A DNA stretch of 64,000 bases, taken from positions 1 to 64,000 of the IMG/VR virus record IMGVR_UViG_2663763407_000006; one strand, 5' to 3'. This document shows, piece after piece, positions 10,439 through 20,648 of the stretch. The stretch is from a virus. Taxonomy: Duplodnaviria; Caudoviricetes. Made by a program: the position numbers and the translations under genes. The number at the start of each line of letters is the position of its first letter. Within the stretch, counting starts at the first letter, position 1. A model generated the notes under the pieces. It did no database searches. It saw nothing but the letters and a program-made list of their open reading frames with translations, and was not told the origin of the DNA.

Positions 10439-11043
10439 GGGTTCACTCTCAGGTCATCAATAATATGGACGGCGGCACTGGCGTAATCCTCGCCGGTCAC
10501 GGTTATGGTTTCGGGTAAATAGGGGTAAATGGTCAGCTCATCACCGCTGTAACTGGCAGCGGCCACAAACAGCGGGCCGCTACTGTCGAGATTGATAGAC
10601 AGGCCGACTAAGTGGCGGCTGCATGGCTTGGCGTCGTCTATCAGCCGCTCAAGCTCTTGATACATTTCTTCGGTAATGCCGGTTTCCAACACGCCTACAT
10701 CGAGGCGAAAGGTGCCGGGGGTTTCGTTGGTCTTCCACCACTCAATCACCTTGATGAGATAGCCCAGCGGCTCGACCACGCGACGAATCGCGCCAATGGT
10801 GCCTTTGTGTTTATGGACGTACTGCGAGGAGTTCACCACCGCGCGCTTAGTGGCTTCCGGCCACTTCTCATCCCAGCGATCCACTGACCACGCCCATGCC
10901 AAATAAGGCAACAATTCAAGCGGGCAGGTGTCGGCGTTCCACAGCTGGCGAATCGGAACCGGGGTGTTTTCCAGTTCAGCACAGGCGCGCGCGGCGGCCA
11001 CTTCCAGCGCCGAGGAACCGACAGGCAATAAACGGTCAGTCAT
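10435..11043 (-). CDS. I: Baseplate protein gpI
   Basis: LWNADTCPLELLPYLAWAWSVDRWD; start reassigned to MTDRLLP. Confidence 0.93.
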   Translation of the reverse strand: MTDRLLPVGSSALEVAAARACAELENTPVPIRQLWNADTCPLELLPYLAWAWSVDRWDEKWPEATKRAVVNSSQYVHKHKGTIGAIRRVVEPLGYLIKVIEWWKTNETPGTFRLDVGVLETGITEEMYQELERLIDDAKPCSRHLVGLSINLDSSGPLFVAAASYSGDELTIYPYLPETITVTGEDYASAAVHIIDDLRVNP

Positions 11044-11944
11044 CCGTCCCTCCGACAGTGATGGTGCTGCCGGTGCACCAAGCAGCTTGAGTTTTATCCA
11101 GCACCACGTCGGCCAACGGGGCATTAATTACTGCCCGCTGGACGCCCTCAACATGCAGCGCGGCATAGAGTGCTGACAGGCGAATGTCACGGCCGAGGCG
11201 GCGCTGTGCGGTGACAAAGGCAGTCAGTTTTTTCTCAGCGGCAATGCGTACCGGCTCCGCCTCCGGCCCCGGATGCAGATAGAGCACCGCGTCAATCTCA
11301 TAATCTTCAATCCGCGCAGATTGCACCGTCACCCGGTCAGCCACCGGCCGCGTGTTCTCATCATTCAGCGCGGCTTCCACCACCGCCAGCAGTTCGGCTG
11401 AGGCTTCGCCGTTGCCCTCACGCGATAACACCGTGACCGTGACACAAGCGGGTGTCGGGCTGATTGCCGAGGCATCAGCCACGCGGCCATCGGCACTTTT
11501 GGCGTGATATTCATAAGCACCTGTTGGCCCGGCGACGCTCAAGCCCTCAAAGGCTTGCGGGATACGCACCCGGAAATCACTGTCAGATTCCATCACCGCG
11601 TCAATCGGCGGCATGGCGGTGGGGTCTGCCGGGATAATCACCAGTCGCTCAACGTTGTTATTTGCGCCGAGCTGGTCTAAGTCACTGCCGACGGCATAAG
11701 CCACCATCACCGCGCGCGCCGCATCGTTAACGCGCTGGCGGAGAATAACCTCACGGTAGGCGTTTTCCTGCAACAGCTTGACCAGCGGCTCCGACTCCAG
11801 CGACAAGGTGCGGGCCACAGCGGCGCGCTGTTCCTCCGGATAAAGGGAAATTAGCGTAGCTTTGCGCTCGGCCAACAGGGTTTCATAATCCAGTTCTTCC
11901 ACCACAAACGGCGGCGGTAACAGGCTCAGGTCAATGGTTGCCAT
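11036..11944 (-). CDS. J: Baseplate assembly protein gpJ
   Basis: IDLSLLPPP...LSVAGPTGAYEYHA. Confidence 0.95.
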   Translation of the reverse strand: MATIDLSLLPPPFVVEELDYETLLAERKATLISLYPEEQRAAVARTLSLESEPLVKLLQENAYREVILRQRVNDAARAVMVAYAVGSDLDQLGANNNVERLVIIPADPTAMPPIDAVMESDSDFRVRIPQAFEGLSVAGPTGAYEYHAKSADGRVADASAISPTPACVTVTVLSREGNGEASAELLAVVEAALNDENTRPVADRVTVQSARIEDYEIDAVLYLHPGPEAEPVRIAAEKKLTAFVTAQRRLGRDIRLSALYAALHVEGVQRAVINAPLADVVLDKTQAAWCTGSTITVGGTDD

Positions 11945-11948
11945 AGGG

Positions 11949-12299
11949 TCAGCTCACAGGAATGGTTAAAGAAAGGGGAGCCGCGCTGTCTGTGCGGGTG
12001 CCGGTGATATCGACCACCATTTTTCCGTCAAAGGTGGTTTCAAATGTGATGCCAGTCAGTTTGACCCTTGGCTCCCAGCGCAAAATGGCACTGTAACTGG
12101 CGGCCATAATTTGCAGGCGCAGGGCCGGATTTTGTGGCTGGTCAATCAGCTCCGATAGCAGCGAACCATAAGCGCGGCGCATCACCCGCGAACCAACAGG
12201 GGTGATAAGAATGTCGGCGATTGACTGGCTGATGTGGTCAGCGTCGGTAATGGTCTGCCCGGCGTTGCGGCTCATGCCGAGATAGGTGGCAGTGGTCAT
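11949..12299 (-). CDS. W: Baseplate wedge gpW (gp25 family)
   Basis: HISQSIADILITPVGSRVMRRAYGS...WEPR. Confidence 0.94.
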   Translation of the reverse strand: MTTATYLGMSRNAGQTITDADHISQSIADILITPVGSRVMRRAYGSLLSELIDQPQNPALRLQIMAASYSAILRWEPRVKLTGITFETTFDGKMVVDITGTRTDSAAPLSLTIPVS

Positions 12300-12937
12300 T
12301 TAATTCCCTCCGTATAATCCCCACCACGCAAGACGCCGCCGTGGTCATGGTCATCAACCACCACACCATTGGATGAGAACTTGCCGCCGGAATGTTCAAT
12401 ATTGCCGCTCATCTGGCCGCCTTTCTTCACGTTCAACGTGCCGGTGGTCAGGTTGTGGGTGCATTCCACTTCGGGTGTATCCAGCAGGATTTTGACCGAG
12501 GCGGCACAGGTGATATGGGGGGCGGTAACATTCACCGATTCACTGGCATTGATAACCGCTGTTTTGACGCCATCAGCCAGCAACTCGCCGCTCTCAGGTT
12601 CATAGTGCAACGTGGCACCGTCAGGAAAGGCGATATACAGGCCATCCGCCGAGGCCGACGGCGGCGGGAAGTCATCAGAGAAAATGCCCGGCAGCACAAA
12701 GGCGGTATCCAGCTCGCCGCCGAGGGACAATATCAACACCTGCTCCCCCTCAGACGGTGCCCACCATGATCGCGATTGACCGGCGCGCAGCGTCAGCCAG
12801 TTTAACCAGCCGGTGGTATTGTCCCCCGTCGCTACCCGGCACAGGGCTTGGTCGAGATCGACCTCTGCCACCGTACCAATACGGATAAGGTTACGCAGCA
12901 GGCGCAGAATTTCAGTGATTTGAGTTTGTGTGTTCAT
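12296..12937 (-). CDS. V: Baseplate spike gpV
   Basis: RAGQSRSWWAPSEGEQV; C-terminal HDHGGV. Confidence 0.94.
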   Translation of the reverse strand: MNTQTQITEILRLLRNLIRIGTVAEVDLDQALCRVATGDNTTGWLNWLTLRAGQSRSWWAPSEGEQVLILSLGGELDTAFVLPGIFSDDFPPPSASADGLYIAFPDGATLHYEPESGELLADGVKTAVINASESVNVTAPHITCAASVKILLDTPEVECTHNLTTGTLNVKKGGQMSGNIEHSGGKFSSNGVVVDDHDHGGVLRGGDYTEGIK

Positions 12938-13010
12938 GCAGAAAGGATGCCGCCCAACAAGTCAGGCGGCAATTTGTGCGGGTTTGTTCATCGACAGGAC
13001 AACAGGAACG

Positions 13011-13460
13011 TTATTTTGACAGGCTTTCCATCACGGCATTTTCAACAATAGCGATATCTTGCTGACTGAAACCCAGCAACGGCCGCTCGTCATACTGCAC
13101 ATCTTTGCTGTGCACGTTCGGGCGATCACGCAGGCCAAAATGATGCACTGCCGCCATGCGTTCCACGCGTCCGGCAAACTCGACCACCGCCGCATCGGGG
13201 CTGCTGTTAGCTTTCATATAGCGCGCGGTGCGCAACTTGGCGAACATTTCTCGCTTAATCCGGCCTTTGGGTTTACGCAATGGTTGAGATTTACGCGCCG
13301 CATACGGAGTGCCGTCTGGCGCTTGCTGGCGTTTAATCCGTTGCTGTTGGCTGGCGCGCAGGCGTTTGGCAATAGTGACCGCCAGTGCCTTGCGCGCTTT
13401 GGGTGTCAGACTGGCAATCAGGCCGGTCAGTGCATCGTCAAAGGGTTTCAACTCATTCAT
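13011..13460 (-). CDS. S: Tail completion protein gpS
   Basis: QQQRIKRQQAPDGTPYAARK...RPLLG. Confidence 0.92.
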   Translation of the reverse strand: MNELKPFDDALTGLIASLTPKARKALAVTIAKRLRASQQQRIKRQQAPDGTPYAARKSQPLRKPKGRIKREMFAKLRTARYMKANSSPDAAVVEFAGRVERMAAVHHFGLRDRPNVHSKDVQYDERPLLGFSQQDIAIVENAVMESLSK

Positions 13461-13912
13461 TGGATCACTTCGCCATTAAAGTAGATGGCTGTTGGTCGTG
13501 TTGGCGCGCCCGGCCAAGTCGGCTCCAGCGCATGGTTAACATGCAATGCACCGTCTACCTCTTTCACAATAGCCCGCTCAGTCAGTTGCAAGTCGATACG
13601 GATATCACTCAGCACATCGCTAATGACATCAACCTTATGAATAAAGCCGCTGCGGCGCTTTTCTTCTGTCGCCATGATGTCCGGTTGATGCTCGCGCAGC
13701 CATGCCAGAATCGGCACAAAGAGGTAATCAACATCACTGGGGAAATCCTCAATAAACAGCGTCAGCGTATATTGATTTTCAAAAGACAGCGACGGGGCCA
13801 GCGTTGAGACAATTCGCCCGCCATCAACAAACATTTTCAGCCGCTCCGGGTTAGTCTGGAACAGTTGCAGACTGTCGGTTAAGGCTTGGCGTAACAGTTT
13901 TGGTTTTAACAT
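13457..13912 (-). CDS. R: Tail completion protein gpR
   Basis: MLKP..LR..L...SLSFENQYTL...WLREHQPD...LTER. Confidence 0.92.
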   Translation of the reverse strand: MLKPKLLRQALTDSLQLFQTNPERLKMFVDGGRIVSTLAPSLSFENQYTLTLFIEDFPSDVDYLFVPILAWLREHQPDIMATEEKRRSGFIHKVDVISDVLSDIRIDLQLTERAIVKEVDGALHVNHALEPTWPGAPTRPTAIYFNGEVIQ

Positions 13913-14165
13913 GGTGTTGTTCCTGACACTGTTTAACGGCTTCCACTTGCAGCCCGCAGGCCACCAGTGCGGTTTCTAACTGGCGGATATCGGCACTTAA
14001 ATCACCGTTAGCCGCCGGTGTGCTGCCCGGCAGCGGGCAACTGCTCACCGTCGGACAGCCAACGTAAATAATCGTTGGGGTTGGCGAACGCGGGGCGCTG
14101 GTGCAGCCGGATAACATCAGCAGGCAAAGCAGTAGCGAACCAATCACGCAGGACTTTATTTTCAT
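13851..14165 (-). CDS. lysC: Outer-membrane spanin (lipoprotein)
   Basis: Lipobox LSGC after a hydrophobic stretch; overlaps lysB. Confidence 0.8.
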   Translation of the reverse strand: MKIKSCVIGSLLLCLLMLSGCTSAPRSPTPTIIYVGCPTVSSCPLPGSTPAANGDLSADIRQLETALVACGLQVEAVKQCQEQHHVKTKTVTPSLNRQSATVPD

Positions 14166-14424
14166 TGAGTAACCTTTGAATTCTCTGTTCACGGGATAAT
14201 GACAAGGTGCTGGCATGGCTCAGTGATTGCCGTAATGCCCGCTCATTGTCTGCCTGTTGCCGGGCCTCATCTTGCAGGCGGGTGATCACGTTGTCCCGGC
14301 TCTCAATTCCGGCGGATAAGGTGCCAATAATCCGGTTGGCACTGTCGATATCGTGGCTCAGGCGGTTGGCATACCATCCCAGCGCAACCAGTAACGCGAC
14401 TATCACCATCATGACTATGCGCAT
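14008..14424 (-). CDS. lysB: Inner-membrane spanin
   Basis: N-terminal TM, coiled coil, LRDWFATALPADVIRL. Confidence 0.85.
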   Translation of the reverse strand: MRIVMMVIVALLVALGWYANRLSHDIDSANRIIGTLSAGIESRDNVITRLQDEARQQADNERALRQSLSHASTLSLSREQRIQRLLNENKVLRDWFATALPADVIRLHQRPAFANPNDYLRWLSDGEQLPAAGQHTGG

Positions 14425-14425
14425 A

Positions 14426-14932
14426 TCAGACCCCGCTCAGGCAGTGTGTTTGCTCGGTGGTGCGGCGACGCTCTAACCCTTTGGTTTTCACGCCATTGAC
14501 ATAGACCCAGCGCGGCAACTGATTGCAGGCGCTGCGCCAGTCGCCCTTGTTGACAAAAAAGGCCAGCGTCGAGCGGCAGGCCGCACCGGTGCCGACGTTA
14601 AAGGCAAACGACACTACCGCGTCATACACCGGTTGCGGCATAACAAGCGGCATACACACCGCTATTGCCCGCTCAACCCGCTGCACGTCAGCCACCAGAT
14701 TGACCGCCACCTGTCGCTCACTGATAACACTGCCCGGCTTCACCCCGGCGGTGTGACCGATGCCATTTGTCCAGACGTTGGCGCTGCATTGGTAGGCGTT
14801 GAGCTGGCAGCCCTCATAATCGGCAATCAGTTTTAGCCCGGTGGCCGATGTTTTTAAGGTTTGGTAGTTTGGCAAGGTGGCGGCCAGTGCCAGAATGACC
14901 CCGACCAGACAGCGCTTAACGATTGAGTTCAT
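14426..14932 (-). CDS. Endolysin (GH24 lysozyme, SAR-type N-terminus)
   Basis: EGC...WTNGIGHT...FAFNVG...GLERRR. Confidence 0.9.
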   Translation of the reverse strand: MNSIVKRCLVGVILALAATLPNYQTLKTSATGLKLIADYEGCQLNAYQCSANVWTNGIGHTAGVKPGSVISERQVAVNLVADVQRVERAIAVCMPLVMPQPVYDAVVSFAFNVGTGAACRSTLAFFVNKGDWRSACNQLPRWVYVNGVKTKGLERRRTTEQTHCLSGV

Positions 14933-15125
14933 CGAACACCTCCCGCCTGATAACCACTTCTTTCAGCAAGAAATAGCTCTTGCGCCGGTAGTACCAGTTG
15001 ATAAGACAGGTGGCAGCAGCGGCCACCGCCGCGACATAAAACGCGATATCTTGCGGACTCAGTGCGCCAATAAACGCCAGTACCAGCGCCAAGACATAGG
15101 CCAGCGCAGAGCTGATTTTCTCCAT
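14916..15125 (-). CDS. Holin (HP1-type)
   Basis: Small hydrophobic protein with NWYYRRK, upstream of the endolysin. Confidence 0.82.
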   Translation of the reverse strand: MEKISSALAYVLALVLAFIGALSPQDIAFYVAAVAAAATCLINWYYRRKSYFLLKEVVIRREVFDELNR

Positions 15126-15127
15126 TT

Positions 15128-15331
15128 TCAATCCCATAATTGAACGGTTTCACGTTGGGCCGCCGGGGCCATGTCGGGCAACGCCACCGGATAACCGTGG
15201 GGCAGAATGGCCCCCAGTTCCGACAGCCCCGGATTCGCGTCATAGACTTGCTCCAGCACATCCTGTGTGCGGCCATAATGCCGCCAGCACAGTGCGTCGA
15301 GCGTGTCGCCTTGCAACGCGTTGACCTGCAT
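15128..15331 (-). CDS. X: Tail protein gpX (LysM-like)
   Basis: QGDTLDALCWRHYG...ANPGL...VQLWD. Confidence 0.93.
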   Translation of the reverse strand: MQVNALQGDTLDALCWRHYGRTQDVLEQVYDANPGLSELGAILPHGYPVALPDMAPAAQRETVQLWD

Positions 15332-15804
15332 CAGATAAGGCCAATAATGTTGTGAGGCTTACCGGCAATATTGCGAATGCTAATCCGCGCATCACGCCAC
15401 AACTCATCAACCGTACTTTCAATGGCCTCCGCGCGTTTATCACCGCGCGCGCTGGCGTCATAGCCGCGATAACGCTCGGCCAGCAGCGCGGCCGTAATGG
15501 CACAGACCGCACTTTGGTACTCGGCCAACAGGATGCTTTCGCCGTCCAGTTGCTCGGCCTGCACCTCGGCCAGTGTTTTAAAACCATCCGCCATCTGGTC
15601 ACGGCGGTACTCGAACAGCTCGGCGTTGACCTCAGCAATAGCGCTCTTGATGGTGAAGCGCAGGCGCTCGGCGGTGACGGTTCCTTCAAGACGCAACAGC
15701 TCGCGCAGTTTTATCGGGTCAACCGCAGGCCAGAAAAAGGTATTTTCAATCACCGGTTCGGCCGTTTTGTCTGGCCGTGGCGCGGGGATAACAACAGTGG
15801 TCAT
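15331..15804 (-). CDS. L: Head completion protein gpL
   Basis: NTFFWPAVD...LLAERYRGYD...LWRDAR. Confidence 0.92.
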   Translation of the reverse strand: MTTVVIPAPRPDKTAEPVIENTFFWPAVDPIKLRELLRLEGTVTAERLRFTIKSAIAEVNAELFEYRRDQMADGFKTLAEVQAEQLDGESILLAEYQSAVCAITAALLAERYRGYDASARGDKRAEAIESTVDELWRDARISIRNIAGKPHNIIGLI

Positions 15805-15903
15805 GGCAACCTCAATATCAGAATGGGTGGGCGGTGGACGACGGCGTTAACAAGGTAAACCCTGTTGCGGCCATCGTGCCGCCCGGCTCGGGGAGCGTTC
15901 GGG

Positions 15904-16563
15904 TTAGCGGCTGGCGGCGTTCTTTAACTTCACGGCCAGTCGCTCAATGTCTTTTTTGACGCCACAACCGGTATGCAGTTGGAGTGCACGGTGAAGATGG
16001 GACAGGGCCAACTCGCCCCGACCACTGTCACGCAGCACATAGCCGGTGATTTTGTGCAGTTTGGCGCGCACTTGGTCGGGCATGTCTTCATCTTCCATCA
16101 GCTCAATGGTTTGCAGCAGAGGCTCAATATCAATCGGCTTACCGGTGGCATAGGCGCGCGCCGCAGCGTCCGCGACTTCCTCGGCAATCAGGTAGGCGGT
16201 AGAGCGGGTAAAGCGGTCAGTTGGCACTAACTGATAACGCAGGGCATAACGGGCGATATCCAGTGCGCCGGGAATATCCCCGGCATCCAGCCGCCAAATC
16301 ATAATGGTCATGACAATGGCGTCCTGCGCGCCTTTCCCCTCACTCAACACGCCAGAGATCCACGGCATGTACTCCGGCAATAACTGCCGCTTCAGCTCGG
16401 CTTTGCGCTCGTTTGAACGTACTTGTTTCAGCTTGCGCTTATCTTCATTGAGCTTGAGCAACATCAACTCGTAGCCGGTGGCGTGGCGCAGCGGGTTATC
16501 CCGCAGTTGTGAGGCAGCAATAGCCGACTGTTGGATAAAGTGGCGACGCGCAGGACTGGTCAT
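15904..16563 (-). CDS. M: Terminase small subunit gpM
   Basis: MTSPARRH...DMPDQVRAKLHK...GVKKDIERL. Confidence 0.94.
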   Translation of the reverse strand: MTSPARRHFIQQSAIAASQLRDNPLRHATGYELMLLKLNEDKRKLKQVRSNERKAELKRQLLPEYMPWISGVLSEGKGAQDAIVMTIMIWRLDAGDIPGALDIARYALRYQLVPTDRFTRSTAYLIAEEVADAAARAYATGKPIDIEPLLQTIELMEDEDMPDQVRAKLHKITGYVLRDSGRGELALSHLHRALQLHTGCGVKKDIERLAVKLKNAASR

Positions 16564-16566
16564 AAC

Positions 16567-17796
16567 TTATTTACTCCCTTTGGCGGCCGGTGCTTCTTCT
16601 GTGGTTTCCGGGGGAGTTTCAGTAGCGGTTTCCACTGTGGCATCCTCCGGGTTCGACGCCACTTTCACCGCTGCCATGATCGCCGCAGCCAGGCCGTCAT
16701 AGTTCGGGGCTTCCGATACCATCAATGCGGCCGCAGCCGGGGACGAGGTGCTGTCTTTTTTCGCCGGTAAGATTTCGATGTTTTCCACCAGACAGCCACA
16801 GGTGTAATCTTCCACGACATAATCCTGTTTAATGGACTCGTAGTTTTCGATGCGGTCACGCTTGGCGTTCTCATCGATATGGCGGCGGTGCGAGTCTTCC
16901 AGCCAGTAAATAGACAGGTTATCGAGGCGGGTTATCATGAATGCGTTAGCCGGGAAGAAAGGCACACGGATAGCCGGTAAATTGCCGATACGTTTCTGGC
17001 TAATAATCAAGTCAGCGGCGAGGGTTTCGCTGTTTTCCTGCTCTTTGTTGACGATGGGGAAATATTTATCCTGCATCAACTGGCGGCCAGTGATAACCAC
17101 CAGTTCAGGGTCTTCCTGATGCCATTCAGCAATCATGTTATTGGTGGCATCCATCACCAGCGCATCCAGATTGACGTAATCACCGCCATGGCCCACACGG
17201 ATTTTTTCTGACACAACCGCACCATCTTCACCGATGATGTTACTCATTACGCGGGTTGGCGCATTGGTGCGGTATTTTTGTAACCAGCCCGGCGCGATAT
17301 CCTGCAACAGCGGGTTGAGTGCGCGGTTAGAGGTTTTGGCGCGGTGAGTGCCATTGAAGCCTGCCATGATGCGGTCAAGTGCCTGCCGCTTGATAATGGC
17401 GTCGCGCAAACGGGTCTGGAAGTCCTGATAGCGCGCCCACAGGTCAAGGGTGTTATAGCGAATATGGAAATCGTAGTTCACCTGCTCACAGAAATACTTC
17501 TCACTGTCTAGTGAGGCAAACTCGGCAGTTTCGCGTTCGTCGCCACCGTCAGTATCGGTGGTGCTGGCAACCGAGCCATTGACACCAAGACCGACCTTTT
17601 CGGCGGTCAACTCCGATACCGGCACAATATTGATGCGGCTCAGAAATTCTGAGGACTCTTGCACGCGGGTCATGATGGTTTGCGTAACAGAGGGTTCGAC
17701 GCTGAATTTTTTATTCAGGTCGCCTGTTTCTACCCCGTTCAGCTCGGCTTGACGGGTTAGATAGGCATTAAATTTAAAACGGGTTGCTGGGCGCAT
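16567..17796 (-). CDS. N: Major capsid protein gpN with low-complexity C-terminal extension
   Basis: FSVEPSVTQT, QALDRIMAGFNG, NPLLQD...GWLQKYR. Confidence 0.96.
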   Translation of the reverse strand: MRPATRFKFNAYLTRQAELNGVETGDLNKKFSVEPSVTQTIMTRVQESSEFLSRINIVPVSELTAEKVGLGVNGSVASTTDTDGGDERETAEFASLDSEKYFCEQVNYDFHIRYNTLDLWARYQDFQTRLRDAIIKRQALDRIMAGFNGTHRAKTSNRALNPLLQDIAPGWLQKYRTNAPTRVMSNIIGEDGAVVSEKIRVGHGGDYVNLDALVMDATNNMIAEWHQEDPELVVITGRQLMQDKYFPIVNKEQENSETLAADLIISQKRIGNLPAIRVPFFPANAFMITRLDNLSIYWLEDSHRRHIDENAKRDRIENYESIKQDYVVEDYTCGCLVENIEILPAKKDSTSSPAAAALMVSEAPNYDGLAAAIMAAVKVASNPEDATVETATETPPETTEEAPAAKGSK

Positions 17797-17870
17797 AATA
17801 ATCCTGATTCAGTTAAATAATATGGGTGAAATAACCAGTGGGCCGCACAGCTGGCGGCCAGTGACCCCAA

Positions 17871-18725
17871 CTAGCAGTCGGTCAATACATCGTTTTGATT
17901 GTTACCGCCGGTGGATTCCGGGCGTTTGGTCTGGCTAAAGTTTTCAGTGATAGAAAGTTTGGTTTCGAGGGACGTAACCCCTTGTTTTCCCTTTTCGATG
18001 CTCTGTTTTAGCTCCACCACTTGGTCAGCAAATTGCTTCTCAATAGAGGTAAAACGGGCCTCAATGGTTTCTCCCTGTTCCTGCACATGCACTGCCACGG
18101 CATTCACTGCCTCATGCACATCATTAAAACGGGCGTCATCAGTTGCATGTTTGCGACTGAATACTGACTTCACCATGCTGAGTAAGGTGGCACCCGGTTC
18201 GGCCACGTCTTCAAATTCCAGTTGCACTTCAACCGCCGCAGAGAAAAAGTTATCCGGGTGAGACTTACGGGCGGCCAGTGGGTTGTGTTTGGCTTTGGCG
18301 CTGAATTCCAGCATTTCAGTGCCGAGGCTGGCGGGGTCATCAGTCACGGCCAGCCCGACCAGATAGGCTTTGCCGGTATTGGCAAAGTTCGGGCGGATCT
18401 CCATGGAGGTGTAGATTTTCTGGCGGTCTTTATTCATCAACACCAGCTCGTCAGTGGGGCTGATTTGGGCGAACAGTGCGCGCTTGCCGTTCAGCGCTGA
18501 ATCATCTTCAATGGTTTCCGCTTTCAGACCGATCACATCGCCATAGCGGCGGAAAGTGCTGTCCGGGGAGTAGCTTTTCAGATGTTCCAGATTGATGCGG
18601 CAACCGTAGACGCGCGGATCAAATGAATCTGCCATCTGGTTGATATCGTTGGCGTCAATCACTCGTCCGTCGCAAGTGTCACCCTCAACGCCGATACGAA
18701 AATACTTAGAAACTTTCTTAGCCAT
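17871..18725 (-). CDS. O: Capsid scaffold/protease gpO
   Basis: FRIGVEGDTCDGR, INLEH, YLVGLAVTDDPASLGTE. Confidence 0.95.
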   Translation of the reverse strand: MAKKVSKYFRIGVEGDTCDGRVIDANDINQMADSFDPRVYGCRINLEHLKSYSPDSTFRRYGDVIGLKAETIEDDSALNGKRALFAQISPTDELVLMNKDRQKIYTSMEIRPNFANTGKAYLVGLAVTDDPASLGTEMLEFSAKAKHNPLAARKSHPDNFFSAAVEVQLEFEDVAEPGATLLSMVKSVFSRKHATDDARFNDVHEAVNAVAVHVQEQGETIEARFTSIEKQFADQVVELKQSIEKGKQGVTSLETKLSITENFSQTKRPESTGGNNQNDVLTDC

Positions 18726-18810
18726 GAGCGGCTCCATTCAGTGTGATTATGGTTATTCGGTTCGGGGCTTAGTTTCCTGATGGATGGCGATGGCAACAAC
18801 GAAAGCCAGT

Positions 18811-18828
18811 TGTGACGGGGCTGGCACA
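18811..18828. promoter_or_regulatory. Ogr-binding site of the divergent late promoters pO/pP
   Basis: TGT-N12-ACA within gttgtg...cacaac between O and P. Confidence 0.75.
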
Positions 18829-18875
18829 ACAGCGAGGACGCGCAGAGGGTCGGGCTGGTCGCGTAGCCTAATGGC

Positions 18876-20648
18876 ATGAATACAACACCGAGCACCATCA
18901 TCAGCGACCCACGGCGACAGGCGGCTTTGCTTTACTGGCAGGGCTTCTCTGTGCGCCAAATCGCAGACCAGCTAGCCCTTAAATCGCCGACTGTGCAGAG
19001 CTGGAAGAAGCGCGACGGGTGGGACGCGATTGCGCCCATTTCCCGCGTGGAAACCAGCATGGAAGCGCGGTTGATTCAGCTCATCATGAAAGACGCCAAA
19101 GAGGGGCGGGATTTTAAAGAGATTGACCTGTTAGGCCGCCAGATTGAACGGCTGGCGCGGGTGAACCGCTATAGCCAGACCGGCAGCGAAGCGGATTTAA
19201 ATCCAAATGTGGCGAACCGCAACAAAGGGGAGCGCAAAATCCCGGATAAAAACCTGTTCAGTGAATCCGCGATTGAAAAACTGGAATCTATTTTTCACGA
19301 AAATATCTTTGATTATCAGCGTAATTGGTTTGAGGCCGGGCTAGCCCACCGTATCCGCAATATCCTGAAGTCGCGTCAGATTGGCGCTACCTTCTTCTTT
19401 GCCCGCGAAGCGCTGTTAGATGCCATCACCACCGGGCGTAACCAGATATTTTTGTCCGCCAGTAAGGCACAGGCGCACGTGTTCAAAAGCTACATTATCG
19501 ACTTTGCCCGCATGGTTGACGTTGACCTGAAAGGCGACCCGATGGTGTTACCGAACGGCGCGCGCCTGTTCTTCCTCGGCACTAACGTACGTACCGCGCA
19601 GAGCTACACCGGCAATCTCTATCTTGACGAATATTTCTGGATACCCAAGTTTCAGGAACTGCGCAAAGTCGCCAGCGGCATGTCATTACATAAAAAATGG
19701 CGTACCACCTATTTCTCCACGCCGTCGAGTCTGGCGCACAGTGCCTATCCGTTCTGGTCTGGTGAGCTGTTCAATAAAGGCCGCCGCAATAAATCCGACC
19801 ATATCCAACTGGATTTAAGCCATAGCCATTTGGCGCGTGGCGCGCTCTGTGATGATGGTCAGTGGCGGCAGATAGTGACGGTTGAAGATGCACTGGCGGG
19901 CGGCTGTAATCTGTTTGACCTTAACCAGCTCTCACTGGAATACAGCCCGGCAGAATATCAAAACCTGTTGATGTGCGAATTTGTCGACGATCAAGCGTCA
20001 GTGTTCCCGTTCGCCGAGTTACAGGCTTGCATGGTGGACAGTTTGGAAGAGTGGGAAGATTACAACCCGTATTCGTTGCGGCCGTTTGGGCATCGCCCGG
20101 TGTGGATTGGTTACGACCCGTCCGAGGCCAACGGCGGCGACAGTGCCGGGTGCGCGGTGATCGCACCGCCGATGGTGCCGGGCGGCAAGTTCCGCGTACT
20201 AGAGCGCCACCAGTGGAAAGGGATGGATTTTGAAGCGCAGGCCAAACATATCGAAGAGTTGACGCAGAAATATTGTGTGGAATATATCGGTATTGATGCG
20301 ACTACCGTCGGCCAAGGCGTTTTCCAGTTGGTGCGCCAGTTCTTCCCTGCCGCGCGGGAAATCAAATACACCCCTGAAATCAAAACCGCAATGGTGCTGA
20401 AAGCCAAGCACACCATCAATAACGGCCGTCTGGAATATGACACCGGCCACACCGATATCACCCAGTCATTTATGGCAATCCGCAAGACTATGACCGCCAG
20501 CGGTAAGAGTTCCACTTATGTCGCCAGCCGCAGTGAAGAAGCCAGCCACGCCGATGTGGCGTGGGCGATTATGCACGCCCTGTTAAATGAACCCCTTACC
20601 GCGACATATGGCGGTCACAGCCCTAACTTCTTGGAGTTTTACGGATGA
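18876..20648 (+). CDS. P: Terminase large subunit gpP
   Basis: N-terminal HTH, Walker A KSRQIGAT, Walker B LYLDE, nuclease WIGYDP...HAD. Confidence 0.96.
   Translation: MNTTPSTIISDPRRQAALLYWQGFSVRQIADQLALKSPTVQSWKKRDGWDAIAPISRVETSMEARLIQLIMKDAKEGRDFKEIDLLGRQIERLARVNRYSQTGSEADLNPNVANRNKGERKIPDKNLFSESAIEKLESIFHENIFDYQRNWFEAGLAHRIRNILKSRQIGATFFFAREALLDAITTGRNQIFLSASKAQAHVFKSYIIDFARMVDVDLKGDPMVLPNGARLFFLGTNVRTAQSYTGNLYLDEYFWIPKFQELRKVASGMSLHKKWRTTYFSTPSSLAHSAYPFWSGELFNKGRRNKSDHIQLDLSHSHLARGALCDDGQWRQIVTVEDALAGGCNLFDLNQLSLEYSPAEYQNLLMCEFVDDQASVFPFAELQACMVDSLEEWEDYNPYSLRPFGHRPVWIGYDPSEANGGDSAGCAVIAPPMVPGGKFRVLERHQWKGMDFEAQAKHIEELTQKYCVEYIGIDATTVGQGVFQLVRQFFPAAREIKYTPEIKTAMVLKAKHTINNGRLEYDTGHTDITQSFMAIRKTMTASGKSSTYVASRSEEASHADVAWAIMHALLNEPLTATYGGHSPNFLEFYG

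Noticed and set aside
12984-13001. Ogr site for pV
   Set aside because: Position is right but spacing is TGT-N11-ACA, so it was not called
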